A stretch of DNA of 49,919 nt from NCBI GenBank assembly GCA_043788645.1, contig JAYVTS010000019.1, forward strand, positions 1-49,919, read 5' to 3'. How positions within the stretch are numbered: position 1 is the first letter of the stretch; the number at the start of each line of letters is the position of its first letter. Positions 38,382 through 48,599 of the stretch are shown one piece after another. A program made the position numbers and the translations under genes. The notes below the pieces were generated by a model that saw only the letters and a program-made list of their open reading frames with translations, ran no database searches and had not been told where the DNA came from. This stretch comes from Verrucomicrobiota bacterium (GTDB taxonomy: Bacteria; Verrucomicrobiota; Verrucomicrobiia; Limisphaerales; UBA9464).

Positions 38382-39794
38382 TCAGCCCGCGGCGATGATT
38401 TCAGTCAGGACGTTTCCCGACACATCCGTCAGCCGGAAATCACGGCCGGCATGGCGGTACGTCAACTGCTCATGATCAAAACCAAGCAAGTGCAATAGCG
38501 TCGCGTGAAGGTCATGAACGCTCGCTCGATTCTCCACCGCACTGAACCCAAACTCATCCGTAGCCCCGTACGCCGTCCCGCCGCGGATACCGCCCCCGGC
38601 CAGCCAGACGCTAAACCCATAGTGATTATGATCACGTCCAAGTTTAGACTTACCTCCGTCTCCCAATTCTACGGTCGGCGTGCGCCCGAATTCTCCACCC
38701 CATAGAATAAGCGTGTCTTCGAACATTCCCCGCTGTTTCAGGTCCAGCATCAACGCGGCGATGGGACCATCGATCTCCGCCGAATGTTTGCGGATGTTGG
38801 CCTCGATGTTGTCATGGTGGTCCCAGGGTTGGCCGGCTCCATGCCAGAGTTGCACCACGCGAACTCCGCGTTCGAGCAGGCGCCGGGCAATCAGGGTTTG
38901 CCGACCCTGCACATGGTCGCCGTAAAGCGCCCGGATAGAAGCCGGTTCATTCCCGATATCGAATGCATCCGTGGCCTCTAACTGCATCCGAAAAGCCAGC
39001 TCAAAGGATTCAATGCGGGCTTCGAGTTGGGGGTTGGTTGATCGCGTTTTTTGGTGCCCCACATTCAATTCGCGGAGCAGATTCAGTTGGCGCCGCTGCA
39101 TCGCCGTCGTTGCGTGTGAGCTGCGGATATTTTCAATCATTTTTTCGACTTGGCGATTTTCCGGATCGACGAACGTGCCCTGGAAGGCGCCCGGTAAAAA
39201 GCCAGATTGCCAATTCTCCGAATCCTTGATGGGCATACCCCCTGGACACATGGTGACGAATCCCGGGAGATTTTGGTTGGCTGTGCCCAGGCCATAGAGC
39301 GTCCAAGCGCCAAAACTTGGCCGCGCCTGGACGCTATCACCGCAATTCATTAACATCAACGAGGGCTCGTGGTTTGGCACCTGCGCGTACATCGAGCGAA
39401 CCACCGCAATATCGTCAGCGTGAGCCGCGGTTTGGGCGAACAGTTCGCTGATTTCTAAGCCACTTTGCCCGTGGCGTGAAAAGGTAAACGGGGAGGGAAA
39501 TGCTGCCCCGGTCTTCCGTTCAGTCCGCAGATACTGGCCCGGGATTAACTGTCCCGCGTACTTCTTAAGCGCCGGTTTGGGGTCAAAGGTGTCGACGTGG
39601 GATGGGCCGCCATTGAGGAAAAAATGAATCACCCGTTTGGCTTTCGGAGCGAAATGGGGCGCTCGGGCTCCCAGCGCAGAAATGAGCGGCGCAGAGGATG
39701 GCGCTAAGGTTCCAAAGGAAAGCGCTCCCAGGCCAAGCCCGGCGCGGGCGAGAAAGTCGCGTCGACTGATCGACGCAGCGGCGAAGGGATTCAT
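38382..39794 (-). CDS. DUF1501 protein with twin-arginine signal (second paralogue)
   Basis: [46 protein letters not shown]. Confidence 0.9.
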   Translation of the reverse strand: MNPFAAASISRRDFLARAGLGLGALSFGTLAPSSAPLISALGARAPHFAPKAKRVIHFFLNGGPSHVDTFDPKPALKKYAGQLIPGQYLRTERKTGAAFPSPFTFSRHGQSGLEISELFAQTAAHADDIAVVRSMYAQVPNHEPSLMLMNCGDSVQARPSFGAWTLYGLGTANQNLPGFVTMCPGGMPIKDSENWQSGFLPGAFQGTFVDPENRQVEKMIENIRSSHATTAMQRRQLNLLRELNVGHQKTRSTNPQLEARIESFELAFRMQLEATDAFDIGNEPASIRALYGDHVQGRQTLIARRLLERGVRVVQLWHGAGQPWDHHDNIEANIRKHSAEIDGPIAALMLDLKQRGMFEDTLILWGGEFGRTPTVELGDGGKSKLGRDHNHYGFSVWLAGGGIRGGTAYGATDEFGFSAVENRASVHDLHATLLHLLGFDHEQLTYRHAGRDFRLTDVSGNVLTEIIAAG

Positions 39795-39841
39795 AGATCC
39801 AGATTAGACCACCAAGTTAGGATTCATCGATTTCGAGAGGC

Positions 39842-42800
39842 TCAATCGATAAAAGCAAACTCGTTTGCCAGCAATAGTACCTGAACGTACTGTTCCCAAG
39901 CGTTGAGCAGCGGCGGCGGCAAATAAGGTCCGGCGAATTCCTTGCCGGCGTCCCATTGATAGTTTTCGGAAGCAAGCACCGGAGTCCATAGAAATTGATT
40001 ATAGCTCAGGCTGCCAGCAATCTCGACGATAAAATCGAGCGTGTCGCCGGCCTTAACGAGCAGGTGAGGAATTGAGAGGTCGGCCACGGAATGATGGACC
40101 ACGATTTTTTTAAGCTCACCGTGCCGACTAGAGGCGACGATTCCCCGCACGCCTTCGCCGGGTTCGGGTTCGTGTTTTAGGACGCCGGAGAGACCGATGG
40201 TGGCGTCGCAAGGCGCGATCCAACGGCGAATGCAGGCGTGCGCCCGGGTATTGCCGGGATGGCCACCTGCGGCGGTCAGTTGGGCCCAACCTGTTGGGCC
40301 ACCGGGGAGGGTCGGCTCGCCTTGCCAGGCCGTACCCGTGAAATGGGGAAAAGGCGTGAAGGATTTGACGCAGTGGGCGCCCTCATCGTACTCGCCCGTC
40401 CCGTAGAGCCAGGAGCTTGGCGGCGTAGGTGGAAGTAGCGCCGGCGGGTCCGCTTCAGCGGTAGCGACAAAACTCAGACCTGAGGTGACCTCACTTTCGG
40501 TGGCCGATCGTTGGTAGATGGTTTGATAAAGCCGTTGCACGCGCGCCGGGGGCGGCAGCGCGACAAATCGTTGATTGAGCCCTTGAGCAGAGTGGGCGAC
40601 AAAGGTGCCATTGAGGTAATAGAGAGCTTGCTGGGGCACGGTCGTTTCGTGCCGCACGGAGACATGAAGGTCGGGGTTCGCGAAATCAAAAGTACGAAAG
40701 GTTCCCGGTAGAAACTGGCGATCCACCAGCGCATAAATCGTCCGTCGCCGATTCTGCGAGTCGAGAAGTTCGGAGGGCTTGCCGCCCAAGGTCTCGTTGA
40801 GTTCACCGTTTACGGCCAGCAGGGCGTCGCGCACTTGTTCAAAGTCCAGGCGCCGAAGGGGGAAGCGGGAAAGGAGTCGATTTTCGATATCCGCGCTCGC
40901 TTCCACTTTCCGATCTACGGGCCGGGGCAGAGAGCTCTCGGAACTTTGTTGATAGGTCGCGCTGGCGACGATCAGGCGATGGATGGCTTTCAAGCTCCAG
41001 CCCTCGGCCACTAGGCGTCGCGCTAGCCAATCCAAGAGTTCCGGATGGCTGGGAGCTTCGGCACGGAGTCCGAAATCACTTGGAGTCTTTACGAGACCGA
41101 CGCCGAAGTGATTTTGCCAAAGTCGGTTAACGATGACGCGGGCGGTGAGCGGATTGTCTGCGTTGGCAATGGCCTGGGCCAGTTCGAGCCGCCCGCTCCC
41201 GTGCCGAAACGGCGTGCGGTTCGGTCCAGAAAGAATTCCGAGGAATTGACGAGGAACAACCTCACCCAATTGGGCCGCTCGCCCGCGAACCAATACGTGA
41301 GGGTCTGGCTCCGGTGGCCGATCACGAAGGATCAGGGCAGCGGGCAAGCCGAGTTCGATCAGACGTCGATCAACGTCTCCTTGTAATTTCCATAATTCTT
41401 CCGAAACCGCGGTCGGATAGGCTGAATCCGTGTTCACAATTCCTGCGTCGGGCACCGCCGTCGGCCCCTGAAGATCATCTAAGAATCGGCGCAATTCTTC
41501 CGCGGCCGGTTCGGCCAAACTTTCAAGAGGTGCGGTCTTTGATTTCTCGGCGTCGGCTCGCTGGACCTTCCACTCCTCGTCGATGCTTCGAAAGAGTTGG
41601 CCGTAGCGGGTCGCGGCCTCCCGGAGACTCGCGAGGGGTCGCCCAAATTCACGGGCCACCCGTCGGTTCAGAGTTGGTTCCGATAACACGGGTGCGAGAG
41701 TGGCCGCGGCCGTCTGGGCGAACTGGGCGTCGGTCAGCTGCTGCAATCCCATCAGATGGTGCCAGGGCGCAAAAATGGAGTGAGCGCTAGTAGGGTATTG
41801 CAGCAAAAAATCACGCCAACGTCTTACGGAGTAGGGAATGATATCGTCCGTGGTGAGAATCTGGCCGAACTCTTCTTCGGGATAGTTCTTTAACTCGAGT
41901 TGGGCGGCTAAGTAATCGCCCACGCGGGAACGAAGACGAGCTTGAGCTTCCGCTCGTCGTTCCGCCGATTTTTCCGATAGTTTCCGCTGGCGATCGGCCA
42001 GTCCTGAATCGGAGGACTGTGCGAGAGGGACCAGTTGGTCATCGCCGCCGTGGAATACGCCGTAGAGGGAGTAATAATCTTGAGTCGGGATTGGATCGTA
42101 CTTGTGATCGTGACAACGGGCACAGGCGACGGTAAGTCCGAGGGCGCCGCGGGTAATCACGTCAATCCGGTCATCGATGATGTCGTGAGTGACTCCTAAA
42201 AAGCGGCGGCCGCCGGTGAGGAAACCCAGGGCGGCGAGGTGGGGCGATCCGTTGGTCTCCAACTGGTCTGCGGCCAGTTGAAGCCGTAGAAAGCGGTCGT
42301 ACGGTAGGTCGTCGTTCAGAGCGCGGATGACCCAATCGCGATAGGTTGGGGCGTGGACAAAATACCGTTCCTCGCGTCCGTAGACGTAGCCTTTGGTATC
42401 GGAGTAACGGGCTAAATCGAGCCAATGCCGACCCCATCGTTCTCCGTAGTGAGGACTTGCCAGCAGTCGTTCGATGAGTTGGGCGACGGCTTGGAAGCGA
42501 TTCTGTTTGGCGGCTTCGATGAACGATTGAACCTCTTGGGGAGCAGGTGGCAGCCCGATGAGATCAAAGGTCATTCTCCGGATGAGGGTTCGGAGGTCGG
42601 CGGGAGGAGTTGGGGCCAAACGATTGGCTTCCAATTTCGCGAGGATAAAACGGTCGAGGTCGGTTTGGGGCCAGGCGGTGTTTTTAACGGCGGGCGGGCG
42701 AATTTCGCGAGGCGGCTGAAAGGCCCAATGCAAATGGGCATTGGGCGGTGGTTGAGTGGCGGCGGAGCCGGTTCCAAATACAAATAGGAGTGTGAATGCG

Positions 42801-42985
42801 GGCCGCCGCCAGCTCAGACGGGGCTTAACAACGGAGGGCCGGGCCGCGCGCGAGTCAGTGGGGCGCCCGAATTGGCGGATCGTTAGAAATTCGCCGAAGG
42901 CTTTGAGGGCGTCCGACAAAATACGGTCGATCCTGCTCGTTTGCTGTTGCCGGTGGGTGGGCACAAGGGCTCGGGGCCAGCTCAC
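39842..42985 (-). CDS. DUF1549/DUF1553 protein (no N-terminal cytochrome c module) with extra C-terminal domain
   Basis: HWAFQPP...DLDRFILAKLE, CARCHDHKYDPI, NRLWQNHFGVGLV, and a ~230-aa C-terminal extension. GTG start at 42985. The hydrophobic segment AFTLLFVFGTGSAA lies about 70 aa in, so the true start is uncertain. Confidence 0.85.
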   Translation of the reverse strand: MSWPRALVPTHRQQQTSRIDRILSDALKAFGEFLTIRQFGRPTDSRAARPSVVKPRLSWRRPAFTLLFVFGTGSAATQPPPNAHLHWAFQPPREIRPPAVKNTAWPQTDLDRFILAKLEANRLAPTPPADLRTLIRRMTFDLIGLPPAPQEVQSFIEAAKQNRFQAVAQLIERLLASPHYGERWGRHWLDLARYSDTKGYVYGREERYFVHAPTYRDWVIRALNDDLPYDRFLRLQLAADQLETNGSPHLAALGFLTGGRRFLGVTHDIIDDRIDVITRGALGLTVACARCHDHKYDPIPTQDYYSLYGVFHGGDDQLVPLAQSSDSGLADRQRKLSEKSAERRAEAQARLRSRVGDYLAAQLELKNYPEEEFGQILTTDDIIPYSVRRWRDFLLQYPTSAHSIFAPWHHLMGLQQLTDAQFAQTAAATLAPVLSEPTLNRRVAREFGRPLASLREAATRYGQLFRSIDEEWKVQRADAEKSKTAPLESLAEPAAEELRRFLDDLQGPTAVPDAGIVNTDSAYPTAVSEELWKLQGDVDRRLIELGLPAALILRDRPPEPDPHVLVRGRAAQLGEVVPRQFLGILSGPNRTPFRHGSGRLELAQAIANADNPLTARVIVNRLWQNHFGVGLVKTPSDFGLRAEAPSHPELLDWLARRLVAEGWSLKAIHRLIVASATYQQSSESSLPRPVDRKVEASADIENRLLSRFPLRRLDFEQVRDALLAVNGELNETLGGKPSELLDSQNRRRTIYALVDRQFLPGTFRTFDFANPDLHVSVRHETTVPQQALYYLNGTFVAHSAQGLNQRFVALPPPARVQRLYQTIYQRSATESEVTSGLSFVATAEADPPALLPPTPPSSWLYGTGEYDEGAHCVKSFTPFPHFTGTAWQGEPTLPGGPTGWAQLTAAGGHPGNTRAHACIRRWIAPCDATIGLSGVLKHEPEPGEGVRGIVASSRHGELKKIVVHHSVADLSIPHLLVKAGDTLDFIVEIAGSLSYNQFLWTPVLASENYQWDAGKEFAGPYLPPPLLNAWEQYVQVLLLANEFAFID

Positions 42986-43161
42986 TTCATTTCAACCCTA
43001 GGTCGGTTCTAACGCTAAAAGCTAGGGGAAATACTCTTTTCCAAATAGAACGGGCACCCCCACGGTGCCGGAATGCTCCGAAGCCATGATCGGCTGCCCG
43101 GTATGCCGATGCCTCTCGATCAACCGCTGCCCTGATTCGGAGGTCACCAGCGGTTGGTCGG

Positions 43162-44082
43162 CTAACGCGCTGTTGCGTGCGCTTGAGATTGGAAACGTTC
43201 GAGGAATCTCGTCGGTAGGTCCGGAGTCGCTCCGGGTTGGGTGCAGACAAAGGCACTTATTTCGCTGGCTGCGGCCAATAGTGCGGGTGTCTCCCATTGG
43301 TGTAACAACCCCATCACCAATGCGGCGGTGAAGGAATCTCCTGCGCCCACCGCGTCCTTCACGATGACGGGGCGAGCGGGCTCGGCGGTCCACACTCCGT
43401 CGCGCCACAATTTACTTCCCGCTGCGCCGAGCGTTAGCGCGACCACGTTTAACTCGAACCGGTTGGCGAGAGTTTCCAATTGTTTTTCGGGTGAACCCGA
43501 CAACCGATAGTACTCGGAGAGTACAGGAAGTTCGGTCTCATTTAGCTTGAGTACGTTCGCAAGTTCGAGGGACTGAGTGATGACCCTTTCGGTGTAAAAC
43601 GGAGTTCGCAAATTCACGTCAAAAACTCGGAGAGCACGGGGCCTTGTGGCCGCCACCAATTGTTGAATGGCCGCAGAACCACCCCGGGTGCGTTGTCCAA
43701 GCGAGCCAAAACAGATGGCGGCGGCGGCGCTAACTACCTCTTGAGCCTCGGGCGTCGCCCGAATTCCGTCCCAAGCGGAGTTCTCGGCAATCTTAAAACG
43801 GGGATGCCCATCGGAATCCACCGTGACGGCGACTGTTCCAGTGGGTCGATCCGGGTCGACCGTGATTCCCGCGAGCTTGAATCCGCGGTGACGCAACCGC
43901 CGCATCGCTTCTTCCCCGAGGGCATCGCGGCCAACCTGTGAAATCAAGTCGGCGTTCGCGCCGAGGGCCGCCGTGTGGCAACTGAAATTTGCGGGCGCAC
44001 CTCCTAACTGCGCACCGGACGGGAGCAGATCCCAGAGGACTTCACCGAGGCCCAACACCTGGAAACAGGGTTTTAGTGGCAT
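43162..44082 (-). CDS. PfkB-family carbohydrate kinase (fructokinase-like)
   Basis: GEVLWDLLPSGAQLGGAPANF N-terminal motif and DAVGAGDSFTAAL PfkB signature. Overlaps the end of the transporter gene by 10 nt. Confidence 0.88.
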   Translation of the reverse strand: MPLKPCFQVLGLGEVLWDLLPSGAQLGGAPANFSCHTAALGANADLISQVGRDALGEEAMRRLRHRGFKLAGITVDPDRPTGTVAVTVDSDGHPRFKIAENSAWDGIRATPEAQEVVSAAAAICFGSLGQRTRGGSAAIQQLVAATRPRALRVFDVNLRTPFYTERVITQSLELANVLKLNETELPVLSEYYRLSGSPEKQLETLANRFELNVVALTLGAAGSKLWRDGVWTAEPARPVIVKDAVGAGDSFTAALVMGLLHQWETPALLAAASEISAFVCTQPGATPDLPTRFLERFQSQAHATAR

Positions 44083-45470
44083 GCGATTCCCAAGTTTTTC
44101 TGAATCGATTCCAACGACAGGCCTCGCGTCTCAGGAACCATGAACTTCACCCAGATCAGCTGAAGGATCATCATTCCACAGAAAAAAAGAAACACCTGTT
44201 CTGGGGCAAAAGTGGCCATCATCGCCGGAAAAAACGTCGTCAATAACGCAGCAAAAACCCAGTGCGTCGAACTACCGAGTGCTTGTCCGGCCGCCCGGTG
44301 TCGATCCGGAAAAATTTCTGAAATCAGCACCCAGATGACCGCGCCTTGTCCGACGGCGTGAGCGGCAATGAACGCAAAAATGCAGACTGGCACGATACCT
44401 AAATGGTGAGTGGCGAACGCCCACGCGACCAGTCCCAGCGACGCAATATAACCAACTGAGCCGATATAAAGCAGGGTTCGTCGGCCGCAACGATCAATCA
44501 ACCACAGGCCTAAGAAAGTGAATACCAGGTTGGTCAAACCAATGCCCACCGATTGGAGCAAGGCTGCCTTTTCCTCAAGTCCGGTCAGGGCAAAGATCCG
44601 TGGCGCAAAGTAGAGGATCGCGTTGATCCCGGACATCTGGTTGAAGAAGGCCACTAAGATTGCCAGCCCGATAGGGACGGCATGACGTCGATCCCAGAAG
44701 GGCGCCAGCGATGCGCCAGCGACCGCGGGCCGACCCAACCGATCCGCTTCGGCCTCCAACTCCACCAAGGAGGCTTCGGGTTGAATCAAGCGCAAGACGA
44801 CCAATCCCTTGGTCCGATCTCCCTTTCGACCGAGCAACCAGCGCGGACTTTCGGGGATACCTAAACAAAGCAGCGTGTACGCGAAGGAGGGGAACACGGC
44901 GACGCCCAGCATCCAGCGCCACGCATTTTCTCCGACTCCGCTGAGGATCGCATTGGAGACGAAGGCCATGACGATGCCAAAAACGATGTTGAACTGAAAC
45001 ATTCCGGCCAAACGCCCGCGATGACTGGGTGGTGCGATTTCCGAAATATAAAGCGGCGCGGCGACGGTCGAAACTCCAATGCCGATCCCGCCGATGAATC
45101 GAGCCGCGATGAAGGAGTAAACTTCCGGTGCGAAGGCGCATCCGAGGGCCGAGATCACGTAAAGAATACCGATCCAACCGAGTGTGACCTTTCGTCCAAA
45201 GCGGTCCGTGGGCCAGCCCCCTAGCAAGGAACCCAATACGGTTCCGTACAACGCTGAAGCCATAGCGAAACCGTGCATCGCGGGGCTCAGCCCCCAAAGA
45301 GATTGGATTTTTTGTTCAGCACCCGAGATGACCACGGTGTCGAAGCCAAAGAGAAATCCCGCTAAGGCGGACGTGAGCGACCAAAAAAAAATGCGATATT
45401 TCAAGGGGGAAATGGAAGTAGTTGAGTTGCTGGCAGGTGATCCCAAGACATGGGAAGTGGGGGCCGGCAT
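44073..45470 (-). CDS. MFS sugar porter family transporter
   Basis: FGFDTVVISGA, PTDRFGRK, PESPRWL and PETRG sugar-porter motifs, with 12 hydrophobic segments. The ATG at 45470 is preferred over the ORF opening at 45551. Confidence 0.9.
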   Translation of the reverse strand: MPAPTSHVLGSPASNSTTSISPLKYRIFFWSLTSALAGFLFGFDTVVISGAEQKIQSLWGLSPAMHGFAMASALYGTVLGSLLGGWPTDRFGRKVTLGWIGILYVISALGCAFAPEVYSFIAARFIGGIGIGVSTVAAPLYISEIAPPSHRGRLAGMFQFNIVFGIVMAFVSNAILSGVGENAWRWMLGVAVFPSFAYTLLCLGIPESPRWLLGRKGDRTKGLVVLRLIQPEASLVELEAEADRLGRPAVAGASLAPFWDRRHAVPIGLAILVAFFNQMSGINAILYFAPRIFALTGLEEKAALLQSVGIGLTNLVFTFLGLWLIDRCGRRTLLYIGSVGYIASLGLVAWAFATHHLGIVPVCIFAFIAAHAVGQGAVIWVLISEIFPDRHRAAGQALGSSTHWVFAALLTTFFPAMMATFAPEQVFLFFCGMMILQLIWVKFMVPETRGLSLESIQKNLGIACH

Positions 45471-45520
45471 GAGCCGGGGAAATAACAGGAGGATGGAAGG
45501 AGCGGTCGGGCCGATTGTGT

Positions 45521-46336
45521 CTAGCGCCCGCCGCGGTTTAACGGATCCCAATACTGTGAATTATCGAGGGCTTTCGCGCCGCCGCTGACGGGGTCCAGGG
45601 GCGGGTTGATTTGGCTACCTTTGCGCGCCTCGGCATGGCCGTCCGTAAAGACCACGTTGCCATTGCCGCGGTGACGATTGTTGTCGATGCCCTCAAGACC
45701 TTGCCCGATTCCCATTCCACTCGTCGGCCACCATAGGCTGCTGCTCCAGGAACCGTCCGATTTGGGAATTCCATCGCCCAAGAGGAGGGTCTGACTGGGG
45801 CTGAGGACCGCGGATCGTTTGAACCAGGGCGCGACGTCAAACTTGACCCCGGAGACGGTGATCGAATCCGGTCCATAAGGAAAGTGTCCTAAAAAAAAGG
45901 CATTATATCCATACCCGACCTTATGAACGTCGAATTTCCACTCCCATTTAACCCCGGTATCGGTCCGTTTGCCTTTAATACTCGGGCAATGGAAAAGGTT
46001 CGAACCACTTTTGGAATAGCCGATGATGGCGTTCCCCCACCAATTGGTCACGGCCGTGGTCGGATTGTCCGTTTCACCCTGGTTGCGGTGGGCGGGAAAA
46101 GTATCGAGGTATTCATCCGTGTACAGCTGCATGTACAATCCAATTTGGCGGAGATTATTCAGACACGCAGTCCGGTTTGCTTTTTCTTTCGCCGTAGCCA
46201 GCGCGGGCAGGAGCATCCCGGCCAGGATCGCGATAATGGCGATCACTACCAGGAGTTCGATCAGGGTGAAGGCGGTCGAGCGCGAGGGCCGCCCGATCCG
46301 GTGGGAATGATGCAGAGCGAGGTGTGACACATTCAT
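45521..46336 (-). CDS. Prepilin-type N-terminal cleavage/methylation protein, DUF1559 (H-X9-DG) family
   Basis: [26 protein letters not shown] and [13 protein letters not shown]. The ATG at 46336 overlaps the GH32 stop (ATGA). Confidence 0.9.
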   Translation of the reverse strand: MNVSHLALHHSHRIGRPSRSTAFTLIELLVVIAIIAILAGMLLPALATAKEKANRTACLNNLRQIGLYMQLYTDEYLDTFPAHRNQGETDNPTTAVTNWWGNAIIGYSKSGSNLFHCPSIKGKRTDTGVKWEWKFDVHKVGYGYNAFFLGHFPYGPDSITVSGVKFDVAPWFKRSAVLSPSQTLLLGDGIPKSDGSWSSSLWWPTSGMGIGQGLEGIDNNRHRGNGNVVFTDGHAEARKGSQINPPLDPVSGGAKALDNSQYWDPLNRGGR

Positions 46337-48411
46337 GGAGTTACAAGTTTGTAAACGGGTGGAACCGAGCGAAGCGGCCAAACAGTCAGCGAGGCAATCC
46401 TAAGACGATCAGTGGAACCAACCGCGACGAGTTGAAACGTGAGCTGTGGTGAACTGGGCAAAACCAGATCCGTGAGGACGCTTTCGCCGTCTTGGGCGAA
46501 AACCTCAATGGAAGAGGTGTCGACAAGCAACCGAACGGTGGCTTTTCCATTGGCGATTCGGAGAGGGGCCGAATGGACGTCGGCAAAAGAGGGATGGAAG
46601 TCCTTGCGCCCGGATCGGGTTCGGTCGAGGCGTATCGCGCCCGCATCAAAATCCAATTCCACTCGGGTGATCTCGGTGCCGCCGTGCCGAGCTTCCAGGG
46701 TGATCCCCCCAGTTGACGGAACGTGATCGAGTTGAAGCTCCAGTTCAGAAAGGCCCGACGCAAAGTGCTTGGTTTCCAGCCAGCGGTTCGCGCGTGATAC
46801 CCCGAGACGGTGGACGGACTCACCGGTACCCCTGATAGGCGTCAATTCGCGAACGGGCTGTTGCAGCAGCCGCCAACCGGCGGGAGTCTTGCGGAGGAGC
46901 AATTCCCTGGGCACGGACATCGCGCTGCGCCAGGGCTGAGTGGGCACATCATTGGCATAAGTCCAGTTGCTCATCCAGCCCAGCCAAAGCCGCCGACCGT
47001 CGCGCGCAGGAATGTCCGACCAGGAAACTCCCGCGTAAAAATCACTTCCGTAATCGGCCCAGAGCGCGGATTCGGTGGCGTTGCGAGCCGGTTGGTCGGC
47101 CAGAAGAAAATGGTCGGCGCTCAGGTGTCCCCAGCCACCGCTCGCACGGTCCGCAACCTCTAATTGAGCGGTCTTACCGAGAAATTCTTCGACGTTCCAG
47201 GATCGCCACGTCAACCGTTCCGAGTCGCCGCCCGTCGCCGTCCGCACTTCTTTACCATCCACTCGGAGATTGACCGCCAGTTTGCCCGGTTGGTTGCCGC
47301 CTCCGACTAAAAAGCTCAGATGTTTTCGGTCCACCGTGAAATTGGGTGAGGTCAGTATTCCTTGGGAGACGTCTCCATTTCTAAAAGTATTGATCAAACC
47401 CTTCCCGACGAAGCCATCGACTGGCTGTTGCGTACCGATGGAACCGGTGGCCGGAGCGTCGCCGAAGGCGTCGCCAGTGGCTCTCCAGCTGCCGTAAGTG
47501 CCGTCGTCGAACGTGCCGAGCATCCGGCCCGCCGGAACGGATGCGGGAATTGGTGCCAAGATCGACTGGGCATCTGGCAGGAAGCGGGTGCCATCGAATT
47601 CACCCACAAAATATTGCGTGCCCGAGCCACCGGCGGGGCCGCCCGAACCGACGTTGACAATCAGGACCCAGTGGGATTCTTGCGGTTTGCCTTCGACCCG
47701 AACCGGGAAGAGATCCGGGCATTCCCAGATTCCGGTGGTGGAACCGGCCGGTCCAAAGTCGCTCAGCTGGGTCCACGATTTTAGATTCGTCGAGCTGTAG
47801 AATCGGATTCTTCGCTTGAGCGGCCACGAGACGGCCATAATCCAACGCGCCGTGGCTGCATGCCAAAACACCTTGGGATCGCGGAAGTCGGTCTCACCGA
47901 TATCGAGCACTGGATTGCCGGTAAACTTGGTCCAGGTCCGACCCCGGTCGGTGCTGTAAGCGAGGTTTTGGTTCTGGAGCGGTTTGGCGGTGTAGTGTCC
48001 GGTGTAGATGGCCACCATCGGTGGCTGACCGTCCCGGCCAAACCCACTCGAATTTTTCCAATCAACCACGGCACTTCCGGAAAAGATCATCACTCCATTC
48101 TCCTCCGCCAGGGCCAAGGGCAAATGTTCCCAGCGGGTGAGGTCGCGGCTGACCGCGTGGGCCCAACTCATGTGTCCCCACTTGTCCCCCAAGGGGTTGT
48201 TCTGGTAGAACAAATGATACTCGCCGTCGTAGTACACCATCCCGTTGGGATCGTTCATCCAGGTTGTGGGTGGGGTGAAGTGGAACTGTGGCCGCCATGG
48301 CTCTTGAAAGGTGGGCCCGGGGGCTGCCGACAACGCGGACGAAAGTGCCAACGTCATCGGCACTGCCAGCGGCAGGCGGATAATTCTGCGTCGAAAGCTC
48401 TGGTACGTCAT
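46333..48411 (-). CDS. Glycoside hydrolase family 32 (beta-fructofuranosidase/levanase/inulinase type) with an inserted ~160-aa domain
   Basis: Signal peptide. WMNDPNG nucleophile motif, FRDPKV (RDP), WECPDLF (EC). A C-terminal beta-sandwich follows. Confidence 0.93.
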   Translation of the reverse strand: MTYQSFRRRIIRLPLAVPMTLALSSALSAAPGPTFQEPWRPQFHFTPPTTWMNDPNGMVYYDGEYHLFYQNNPLGDKWGHMSWAHAVSRDLTRWEHLPLALAEENGVMIFSGSAVVDWKNSSGFGRDGQPPMVAIYTGHYTAKPLQNQNLAYSTDRGRTWTKFTGNPVLDIGETDFRDPKVFWHAATARWIMAVSWPLKRRIRFYSSTNLKSWTQLSDFGPAGSTTGIWECPDLFPVRVEGKPQESHWVLIVNVGSGGPAGGSGTQYFVGEFDGTRFLPDAQSILAPIPASVPAGRMLGTFDDGTYGSWRATGDAFGDAPATGSIGTQQPVDGFVGKGLINTFRNGDVSQGILTSPNFTVDRKHLSFLVGGGNQPGKLAVNLRVDGKEVRTATGGDSERLTWRSWNVEEFLGKTAQLEVADRASGGWGHLSADHFLLADQPARNATESALWADYGSDFYAGVSWSDIPARDGRRLWLGWMSNWTYANDVPTQPWRSAMSVPRELLLRKTPAGWRLLQQPVRELTPIRGTGESVHRLGVSRANRWLETKHFASGLSELELQLDHVPSTGGITLEARHGGTEITRVELDFDAGAIRLDRTRSGRKDFHPSFADVHSAPLRIANGKATVRLLVDTSSIEVFAQDGESVLTDLVLPSSPQLTFQLVAVGSTDRLRIASLTVWPLRSVPPVYKLVTP

Positions 48412-48555
48412 CGGAGTGCCCGCCCATATCTGATGGCCAAGTCGACTCGATATTCACCGAGGCACGCAGTACCTAAACTGGGGGAGCTAAAAAGCGTTAA
48501 ACCCTGCGCAGGATACCACCACCGTAGATGTCATTCAGGTGATTGTTTCCTATCT

Positions 48556-48584
48556 TGACAGGTTGACAACCTGTCAGTAACAGG
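48556..48584. promoter_or_regulatory. Candidate operator: perfect 9-3-9 palindrome TGACAGGTT-GAC-AACCTGTCA plus a third ACAGG half-site, overlapping two TTGACA hexamers
   Basis: Read directly at 48556-48576. The second inverted repeat CCTGT-cagta-ACAGG is at 48570-48584. The site lies 24 nt upstream of the regulator ATG, in the divergent GH32/regulator intergenic region. Confidence 0.55.
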
Positions 48585-48599
48585 CAGACGTACAGAACG

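Noticed and set aside
27079-39794. The two DUF1501 genes as a recent inverted duplication able to invert the intervening region
   Set aside because: The similarity is only at the protein-family level, roughly half of residues by eye in the N-terminal region, and no long identical nucleotide runs were seen. Homologous recombination between them is unlikely.
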